From the NCBI GenBank assembly GCA_002245135.1, contig NGBS01000008.1, positions 1 through 64,000 on the forward strand: a DNA stretch of 64,000 nt. Direction: 5' to 3'. This stretch comes from Proteromonas lacertae (taxonomy: Eukaryota). Positions 26,821-39,000 of the stretch are shown here, one piece after another. The notes beneath the pieces were generated by a model that worked only from the letters and a program-made list of their open reading frames with translations, did no database searches and was not told the origin of the DNA. The stretch's first letter is position 1; each line of letters begins with the position of its first letter. The position numbers and the translations under genes were made by a program.

Positions 26821-27457
26821 TTACATTAATAAAATCATTAATAAAGAGAGAATGATTAAAGATGGTAAAATACCAAAAGAAGCATCATAATAATCTATCT
26901 CATCTTCTGAAACAGTTTGACGTGATTGAGTTTTGATCGTTTTTGTTGTAATATCAAAATCATACACCGTTCCTCCTCTCCAAGCAAAATATAATTTTTG
27001 TGGAACATTTGCATAACGACCATTGATAAAATCCTCAGAAAGTTGATCTCCTCCACAATTATCCTTCAACCAGTTGTAACTGGCCCAACCACTGGGAACG
27101 CATCCTTCTAATTCTCTCATCCTTCTTGCACCACCATAGTTTATTGCACATCTTTTTGGATCAAAATTGCCTTTAGTATACTCAGTATAATTATAGTCTG
27201 TATGATCTTTTGATTCAACAAATAAAGCAAATTTATAAGTTTGGCCTTCATTGTAGTATATATGATCTTTTGTAATATAAACATCTACATTCCCAAATAA
27301 TGATGGATAAATAATTGCTAGATCATTAGGAATTGGTCCATCTGGAAGCTTAGTAGGATCAGCTGCTTTAACTACACAAGCATAACTGAATAAACAGATT
27401 AATAATACTAACAATGTTATAATATAATCATATACTGAAGTAGAAATAAGATTTCAT
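26821..27457 (-). CDS. Secreted, putatively GPI-anchored protein, paralog C
   Basis: The 5' end and intron are nearly identical to paralog B; hydrophobic C-terminus. Confidence 0.85.
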
Positions 27458-27660
27458 ATTGTAACGAATAAAATTTTTAAAACGAATAAATTTTTAATTT
27501 TAATTCTTAGAAGGAATGATAACTATTATATCATTCAAGTATATTACTTTATGACATGCTATATATGGTATAATTGGGTATATATCGTTATTTAATATAT
27601 TTTTAATAATTTAAATAACGAATCTATTTTTGAAACTATTTTTAAAAGTTTGAATTTTAA

Positions 27661-28355
27661 ATGCCTAAAAGAGCCGCTGCTGGTACAAAAAATACTTCAT
27701 CCAAACGAATGAAACAAGAAAATGTAAAAGAAGATGTGATAAATGCCGTAGCACTTTTTCAAGATCTTTCTGTTCAGATAAGTGATTGGATGAATGAGAA
27801 CGTAAATCAAGCGGAAGATTTAATCATGCGAATTAAAAGTTATGTGAATATTCAGTTAAACACATTACCGTCAAAAATTGCTGACATGCCTATATCTTTT
27901 AAATAAATCTATTTCAAATATATTTTTCTTAATATTCATTTTACATGAAAGACTTTTTAGCAAATTTTGAAACAAAAGATATAAAAGAAATGATGAATAA
28001 CTTAGATTCATCTATAGTTGAACCAAGTGAAAACACAACAAAACTACCAGAAACAGCGACAATTAAGAAAGACAGAACATATACCACAGTTCCAAACACA
28101 ATTCTAAAAATTAATCCAAAACTCCCAAGAACACCAGCAATTACTCGATTTGGACCTTATCCAGAAAGTAGAACTAGAGCAACACTAATATTGAATGATG
28201 AATCTGTAGATCTTGATTTAGGATCAAAAGTTGTTAATTTGTTAGGAAATGCAAATCCTAAACTAACAAATGAAGAAAAAGAAGAAGCTCTAAAGACATT
28301 AGAAGATTTCCAGAAGAGAGTGACTTTAGCTATTGATATGTTAAAAGCAGATTAA
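27661..28355 (+). CDS. Borealin/Nbl1-like chromosomal passenger protein
   Basis: Spliced NIQLNTLPSKIADMP|MKDFL resembles the borealin N-terminal L..LP.....M...DF motif. TP sites and a C-terminal helix follow. Confidence 0.6.
27892..27944 (+). other. U12-type AT-AC intron (53 nt)
   Basis: 5' ATATCTTT, branch TTCTTAAT 11 nt before the terminal AC. No GT-AG option exists, and removal joins the two ORFs in frame. Confidence 0.88.
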
Positions 28356-28434
28356 AAATTATTATTTAAATATACATTTATTATTTTAAAACAACAACAC
28401 AAATAATAGGAAGAAGGGGAAAAAACATTAAATT

Positions 28435-29284
<850 letters not shown>

Positions 29285-29371
29285 TTTGAAAGAAGAAAAA
29301 AAGTAAATGTTCAGTTATAATTAATTCCTTTGATTAACATATCCATTCTTTTTTTAAGATTGTTATTTGAA

Positions 29372-29918
29372 ATGCTCTCAAGGTATGGATATATTTAGTC
29401 AGTTATAATATAGAGTTGCAGTTGCATCAAGAACCATTGCTAGATCAGTACCAAAAACAGTTGCCTCAATTTATGGTCGTAATTTTGCTATGTTCTATAC
29501 AAAAGAACATGAATATTTAAACGTATATTTCATGTTAATATGAAAATAGCTTAATGGTGATAAAAAGACAGGTACTCTTGGTATTACTGCTTTTGCTCAA
29601 GAATCTCTTGGTGAATTAGTTTATGCTGAATTACCAGAAGTGGGAGCTAAATTAGCTAAAGGGTATTTTTTGTTCTTCTAATCGAATAGAGAATCTTTCT
29701 GCAATCTTGAATCAGTCAAAGCTGCCAGCTCAGTTTACATGCCATGCAGTGGAACAGTAACTTCAGTCAATGAAGATTTATCTGGAAAACCAAGCTTAAT
29801 CAATGAATCTCCTCTTGAAAAAGGTTGGATTGCTAAAATCAACGTAGAAAAGGATGATTACAGTGATTTAATGGATGAAGCAGCATACAAGACATATCTT
29901 AAAGACTGTCATCATTAA
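29372..29918 (+). CDS. GCSH: Glycine cleavage system H protein, mitochondrial
   Basis: Arg-rich presequence, [22 protein letters not shown], lipoyl site [18 protein letters not shown]. Four exons, absent from the ORF track. Confidence 0.95.
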
Positions 29919-30051
29919 ATTTAGGGATTTTGAAGATAATAAACTAAAACTATTCATTATTTTGTTTTATTGGGGGGTTAACCACATTCATTCAAATAAT
30001 TAATATAAAATCAATAGAAATAATATTAATATATATGGATATACTATATAA

Positions 30052-33000
30052 TTACTTTAATGGAGAAGTAACTCCATGAGGAGAGGTAGGACCATGAGGA
30101 GACAATGCTCCTTGTCTTGTGCTAGTAAACATTTTGGAGTGGGTCATTGTCATAGTAGAGGATTGCAATAATGATTGGGATAAACCATGTGTTGTTTTAG
30201 ACATAATTGAATTTCTTAATAATCTACTTGCTGATCCAGATTCTGTCACTCTATCAGCAGTATCACTGATTGCTAATGTTATTAGTTTCATTGAATTATA
30301 TTAAAGAATACTAATATATAAATGACTTATAAAAAAAAGATATATCCAAACTGTAATATAACAATAATTATAACTACGATTTGTGTTCCTATTCCTCTGA
30401 ATATTAATGCACTTTGTGGTTCACTGTTTATATTATAATCTAAAACTATCAAAACTGTTGATAATATAGGTAAAAAAGAAGAAGAAATTAAAGATTTCTA
30501 ATAAATTCTAGAAAATCAAAACAAAAAAATGATATTGACTATAATAGCAGTCAAAAACAAACTCAAAGAATCATTAAATTCATTAGCACAATTCTTAGCA
30601 GCGTAACTGCAATATAAAAATATCAAAGCCATTATTCCATCAGTTGCAAATTCAACAGCACTAAATGCTGTAGATGGTGTACAACCACGAATATACACAT
30701 TATCGAAATATGAACTGAATTTTTGACTATATACTTCTTCATATTCATTTGGCTGTATATATCTCCACATTAAATGAAGTACTACTTCAAATAATAAACA
30801 TGGCAATAAAAAACCTAATACTCTTAATGTGGAGATTTTAGTCTATTAATATATTCATCATAGATTATAAATAATATACCTTCGTAATATTGATTTTTGA
30901 TTTCTTACTCTTTTTATATAATTTCATTGTTTTGGAAAGTAATATTGCTAATATTCCTTTACCACTTAATCCTAATAATAATGGTCTAAGCATACAAATA
31001 TCATTATCTCTTGTTGGTGGAATACCTAATGGAATTGCTGACAAAGAACAAAAGAACAAAAAGATGGATAAAATGAAGTTATATGGTCTTCCAAAAGAAC
31101 GAATTATCACTTTGTTTCTGTTGGATATGGTAAATACTAATGCAGTAGTACAACACAATAATGCAATTGACATTAAGACATAAAAAACTGCATTACCAAC
31201 TACCTCATATTCATAATATACATCATTCTTTCCAAATTTACAAAATGATGGTAAATGATTCAAATATGGTTTTGCTTGAATATCAATCGAATTACTTCCT
31301 GAATATGGATATATTTGAACTATTTCACCAACATCATTGATTTCTGTTATATACATACTTCTCTTTGCATAACCTGAAGTTTCTAAAGCAATTGATCCAG
31401 AAGGAGATGCTGTTTCTACTCCAATCATATTTACTAGTAAATACTTTAAATCTGGAATAGCTTGACCTGATTCTTCATTTCCTAATACCATACCATTCTT
31501 TAATAACGTTATTGCTATTTGAACACTTTCTATCTCTTCAGTTACTTCACGATTCTTACCTATATTCTTCTGAGTATCATCAACAAATGATTGAGCTAAT
31601 GCAGAGGTTAATGATGGATTAAAACTAACAGGATTATAAATACCAGCAAATAATGATAAATCAAATTCCATATAATCATAATAACTATATACAATATTAA
31701 CAAATATTATGTCTGATGTTAATGAAGATGTTTGTTTCATTATATCAACAAATTTCTTTCCTCTATCACCAGATAAAAAGTATAATATCATAATTTTATT
31801 ACCATCAGCTATGTTGTAGATCTTATTAAACACTGTTTTCACTGTATCTGCTGTGATTGTTTCATCTGTTACAAATGTATGTTTTAAATTAAATTCTAAT
31901 TCTGATTTGAAATACTCATCTGCAGTGTCATAATTCTGTTGTGATACTTCGTCATTATCACCTATAAAATAATAATTATTGACATTCAATGTCTTAGCAT
32001 AATCAGTTGTTATTTCCAACTTTTGATGAAGGGTTGTTCCTATACTGATTATATTTTCTGAACAATAATTTCCTTCAGTTTGACCTAAATAGAGAAAGAG
32101 TTTATTAGTCTTTTCTGCTATTTCTAAACCAGCTTTTCTACATACAATACTAAAACAACCAATAAAACTCATTACATCTGTATCATTTTCATATTTCGCT
32201 AATTCACTTCTAAATTCTTCAATACTATCTGCAAATATATGAACTTCTTCAACATATTTACCATTAATTTGATTATAATTTAATTCTCTAACTAAACTCT
32301 TCTCCTCTATCATTACAGGAACTTCCTTTTTATTGTTATTCTTATCATGTAAAAATATTAATTTCATACTATCCATTTTGAATTTACTTAAGTCTTCTTC
32401 ATTTATACCTTCCTTTGAAAAATCACATTTATATCCAACATTCTCTTCTAATAATTGATTATAAGCTTCAGATTCTTCTCCTTTAGATGCAAAATCTAAT
32501 ATTTTCATCTCATAATTAACACCAATTTGACCATAGTATATAACACGATTAGCATATCCATTAGTATTCATCTCCAATTGACCAGATGGACTTGTAAAAC
32601 TATAACCATACAGTTTTGGTCTAACTTGAAGTGATTCATACGAATAAGTATTTTCTGCTGCTTCTGCATATAATTTAACAGCTGTATAACCTGCTTCCAT
32701 TCCTGAATTAATCACTACATTTGTACCATACGCATTAGTCATTGCAGTTACAAATACTTTAGCTGCATCACCATAACTATCATCAGCTGTTGCTGATAAA
32801 CCCATTTCTTTTGTAAATGTGGTAGTAAAATACATTCCATTAATACATTCAGAATCTAATTCTTTTAAATCACTATCATCTAGACCAGAGATAATTAATG
32901 TAATTCTTTTTGCATTTAAACCTCTATTACATAAATATTTGATTGGAGTGATTATATTTCCTGTCCCAATTGCTATAATAACTGCACTTCTTAAGAATAT

Positions 33001-36000
33001 TTCATCTTCTATCTCATCTAAGGATGTTATATTTGCTACATCATATGGACCATGAATTGTACTACCTGTTTGCTTTATCAAATTAAGTGTAGATCGAGTG
33101 GATGACTGAGAATATTCAGTGTCAATTTGTAGTAACACATATTCATTATATTTGTCTAGTATAAATTTACCTATTCCTTTTGTCAACTGACTACTTGTTG
33201 ACTGAACTGTAAAAGTATATTCACTACAGAATCCAGCTGCTGTATTTCCTGTATAAAAGAATAATTTCTTATAACGATCAAATATTGGATATAATTTCTT
33301 TTGTATATTATATTTTGATCCACCAAACACAACTTTCACTTCATCTAATCTACCCAATTCTGTTGCCATTTCTATATATTTATCTACATCAGATTCTGGA
33401 TTTCTAACTTCTAATATGATTTTCCTTCCTAATATTCCATTTGCATTATTCAATTCATTAACTGCTTCTAATATTCCATCAGTAATTGCTCTTTCATATT
33501 CACTATAATCACCTGTAAAAGAGTTAATTATTCCAATTGTAAATGATAATTCTTTTTGTTTATAACCAACTGATGGATCACTAAAATCACATTTGTTTTT
33601 TCCAACATTAACAAACTGTTTCCATGGTGTTGGGTATATCTTAGAAGATGATTGATAATATATATCAAATTTTGTTCCTTCTTCATTCAAATATCCAAGA
33701 TAAATATAATGACTCATATAGTGATTCTTTTCTAATGTTACTTTTCCTTCAGGTGCATTATAGTCTCTATTTTGCAATGACTTCATAATTACACTATGAT
33801 TAGTCACACCGTTTTCAGCAACTACTATCGCTCCAATATGGTAACATCGAATAAGCATTATTCATTATTTCTGTTATTGCGTCATTTGAATAAGATTTAA
33901 CATCTTCTCTAAATATATTGTTTTCTACCACTGATGAATCTGACTGTAAATAAGAAGTAACAGCATAAAACTGTCTAAATCCTAGATTTAGTACATTATT
34001 TCCAGTAGCATAAGATATTAATGGATATTTATGAATATCAGCTTTAGCTTTTTGCAAAGCAGCATCAAGCCCTTTATGATTTGTTACAGAACCAAAGAAC
34101 AATATTGTACAACCATCAGGTTGAGTTGCCATTATATTATTCACTATTGAAGTAAAATCAGTCTCAGCTGGATCTACTGTTGTACTAATACCAACTGTCA
34201 AATACTTAAAACTCAAATAACTTGTAGTATATTCAACTGCTTTTTTACTATATGAATCTGTGCTTCCTATTATTACAAATCTCATTTTGTCTTCATCTGT
34301 AACATCTGAATATACATCTATCACTCTATCCATAATACTTGGCTCTCTTGATGCATAATAAATATATTCTTCACAGGATTCACCACCCATATAACCAACA
34401 TGGAAAAATGGAGTATCATGATTAATCAATGTACTTTTAATTGATTCTAAACATTCTAATGATGCAGTTGTAAATATTACATCATAATTCTTACTTTTTA
34501 TTGCAGTACCTAATGTTGCTAAACAGGTAGAATCATCAGATCCAATATCAATTGTGGTTAAATACAATTGTTTGCCAATTAAACCACCATCTCTATTCTG
34601 TTCATCTACACACAGATTCAAAACAGCAGATAATCCATAATCACGATCTTTATAGTTTCCTGTTTGTGAAAAAGCTAATAAAACGCCTAATGCATCAATT
34701 ATTCCATAACTTAAAATATTTTCATTTGTCCAATCACAAACTATTTGATTATATCCATCAACGTCCCAATTGTAAGCCATTGGAGCTTGAGCTCTGATTT
34801 GACCAGAAAGTGGTTTAACTGTATGTGAATTTGGTAACCATTGTGCTACAGATATACTTAAAGAAATAAAATGATTCGTTGCTACAGATATTGTACCAGA
34901 ACATATGGTGATTGTTGTTTTATATAAATACTCAAATAAATCATAATTCAATGTTAATTTTCCTGCCAATTTATTGGCTGCTATCCATAATCTAATAGCT
35001 ATTGAACCACCTTCACCATAGGCAGTATTCCATGATCTTCCTGTTTCACTGAATGTATGTTTATACAAACTGGATTCTGTACCTTTAGATTCATCAAAAT
35101 GTGAAGATACCAAATAAACATCAACACTTTCTTTCACACTGTAAGATCTAATTGTATCTCTATCAACATTATTAGATAAAACTTGGAATAAACCATTTGC
35201 AAATATATAGTTATTCAATGTATCAAACACAGCATATAAATAACCAGAATCATAGGTTGTAAATACTGTACCACCTTCTGGATATGTATCAATCCAATTC
35301 TTCACAACTCTATCCATATCAATCATACTAGAACCTCTATGATCTACTATAGTAAAACTTGTATCAGCTAACTTATTCTTAAGAATAGTAAACAACAAGT
35401 CAGAATAAACACTATCTAATCCAATCAATAATAGGTTCTGTTTCTTATTACTTGTTTGTGTTAAAAATCCACAATAGTATCCATAAATTGATTAGTTACC
35501 ATTCCACAATACATTACATTCTCAAGACATTCTTGACCTTCAAAGTTTGATGGATACCATAATACTTTCTTATATTGCTTCAAATACTCTGCAGTTTGAA
35601 TTCTACATTTATTCAGGAAACAACCAATAAACAGTTCAGCTCCATCTTTCATTGCTTGTTTTGCTGCTATTACTCCTCCTTCATTTATACTCATAGTATC
35701 ATATATTTTACCTTTTAACATATATTTACCAAATAAACCATCTTCATTATTAACTATATTGATTTCAGCCATTATTGGATCAATTGCTGTAGATTCTAAA
35801 CCTGCATAAGCTCCACTTATTGAGAATAATAATGCTATTAATACGGTCTCTTTAGGTATTTTTGAACCTCTTACTTCTTCACCCCAATCACATCCATAAT
35901 ATAAGCTTGCTGTGTTATAACCAAACCATGGATTTGCAGGAACTGCATTACTATAACTATAAACCATTACTTTCTCTTTTCCATTTATTTGATATAAACC

Positions 36001-39000
36001 ATAACTATAACTTAAATGATTACTTGTTGATGGAACAATTTCAGGAAATTCTGACAATTTAGCTCTTTGCATATTGTATAAAACATCATTGAAACTAAGT
36101 TCTCTTAATTGTTTGCCAGCATTATTTAAACCTTCATTCAATATTAAAAAAACTAATACAGTCCCAATATGCAGATTATACAGATCAGTATAACGACTAT
36201 ATTCCTTACTAAATATTCTATAGAAGTCGCCATTTTTATCTCTAATTTTGTCACTCACTTGATTATAGGGTAAATAATAATAATTACCATTATAACATTC
36301 TATATTCTTATCTACATCAATTTCATCTAAATAGAAATCAACAACAGTATAAGTTGGTGCTAACATATTCTTTTCACATAATTTCTTCATGAATACTATT
36401 GGAGTTTCACCATCTAACAATGAAATAATTGTTCCACCATTTGGTAAATCTTTTTTAACAATAGCTATTACACTTTCAGCATCAAAATTATTAATTGGAA
36501 CTGAAAAACTTCTAACAAAACTAATACCATGTTGTTGAGCTTCTAATTCAATGGCTGGTACAATCAATTTGTTCATTTCTGTTGAAGAATATATCAAATA
36601 TAAAGGAGATGGAAGATTTGATATAGCATAAGTAATTATTGCATTCTATTAACAATAATAATTATAATTGTATATACTTTTTCTCCAAATGGAAGTCCAC
36701 CATAGAATATATGTTTTTCACATTCTAATCCTTCATAATCTGTTGGATATAACAACAGTAAATCTTCTTCTTTTAATATGTCTTGAACAGCTTTACGAAA
36801 TTTAGTATCATATAATCCATACAGAATTTTTGTATTATAAACACTTTTTGCTTTACGAACTTCACTTAGTACTATTTCAATATCAGATTGAATATCTTTT
36901 AATATTGGTGTATATGTAAATAAAACATCACTTTCATCATCTGTCTTCGATGACTCTTGTTCATTGATATAATCAATCGCTACAGATGCTGTAATAGCTA
37001 ATCTTGTCCCAGTAAATGCATTTATTCCGCTTAATGCCACTAGGATCAATATATTGGTAGTTTCAATTGTATGAGTTGCATTTACATCTTTTGTAGTAAA
37101 ATCACATACTGAATATACATCCTCTACTTCATTATATAATTGACGATATGTATTTGCATCAAAATAGTCAAACAGTTTTCTATGGATTGTAATTGTTCCA
37201 TTTCTATTACTTTCTAATAAATACATTGGCAGATTAACATAATGATCTTTTCCTACTGTGATATTACCAATTGAAGTATCAAATACTCCAGTTTCCATTA
37301 TTTCTAGATTTGATAAAGTTGATTTGCTTGACAAGGCTTGATGAATAATTTCAAATGAAATTAAAGCGATAGATTCTGCTTCATTAAAATACATATCTGA
37401 GCCAATTGTGTTTTTTCTAAATTCATTTAATAGTGGAGATGTTTCTTCGTTAATAAATATAGAACTTCTACATAACTGACCAATTCTATACACAACAGGT
37501 ACATTTTGGAATAATTCAAAGTTTGTTGCAACTATTCTATATTTCAACATACAGGTTGGTTCATTTCTGCATACAGCAATAATCAGATTATGAAATGACT
37601 CATACAATCTCAAATTGTATTTCTCATCATCTAAATAGTTCATTACAATACAGCCTTTTTGAGCTTTTCTTACACCTCTTTGTAGACTTATATCTATTAC
37701 TCTTTCATAATTAGGATCATCATTTTCTAATACAATTTCCTTTATAATATCACCATTGTAACTAAATATTGTATCTTTCAATAAACCTAATTCAATTGAA
37801 CCATTAAACGATTTTGGCATTATAATTATATACTCCAAAGGAAAATTATTAGCTAAATATTCAATTAATGGAACAGTTCTTTGATTTGGACTACTTCCTG
37901 TAGTAATACTTTGATCTGAACATGAATTTGCATTTTCATTCTTCATTGCTAATAACACTAAGTTCAGTTTTTGTATTACTTCTGTATAATCTTTGGTAAT
38001 TTCATTTCCACATTCTGTTATGTCTATTTTGTTCATTCTTGTCATTAAAAATCTAGTAATCCCTTCAACATCATCACATAATATCTTTTTCAATTGCTAT
38101 ATATGATAATAATAATGCCAATAATATACATATTTTACTCCATTGATTCCTCCTTTATTATTTAAACTATTTGCATATGCTTCACCTAACATGAACAAAT
38201 TCTCATTCTCTTCAGTTAAATAAAAACCTAAAGTATAAACATCTGCTTTTCTTGTTTTATTACTTATAGAATAATCTATTTCATATTGAGTATGATTCTC
38301 ATTATTCTATTATTAAAAAATAGAAATATTTATATAATAATAATAAAATATACATATGGTGATAATTGATAAACATCTAATTCAGAAAATGGATTCAATA
38401 CAATTTCATAATCTTTTTCTTCTTTGTATCGACATAAGAATACTTTATTCATCGCTATATTACCAGTACTCATTGATAATGTACCAAGTGGAACTTCTAT
38501 TGAGGTTCTGTACAATTCATTTCTTAATCCTTCAGCATTTGCTGTTTTTACACTTTCATATGCATTAGCCAAAAATCCTGCTGATATTAACATCATCATA
38601 AAACTTTCTGTTGCTAATGTCTTAACACTTCCATACTTTATCTCAATGTAATTAGTAAATACATCGTTCTCTTCATAACTGTATTTATCAACATAAGAAC
38701 TGATAAAGTAATGACCTTTATAAACATTTGACTTTTCAGAATCATAAAAGAATGTAACATAAGTATCAATAGTTACAACAGAATATATTGAACTATCCAA
38801 GCTGTTGTTATACATTGCTTCTAATAATATTTCTACATTATCTCTGATTATACTGATTATTGTTACACCTGATTCATTATATTCATTCTGTAATGTATTA
38901 TCTACAAATAATTTTATATCCGTTTCATTCTTTACATCATAAGATGTACAATTTAAACTTTTAAATATTTCACTATAACTTATAATATAGTCATTTATAT

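Noticed and set aside
30311..30326. 16-nt GT-AG intron as an alternative in the receptor
   Set aside because: It is far shorter than other introns, and a stop precedes it; the U12 model fits better.
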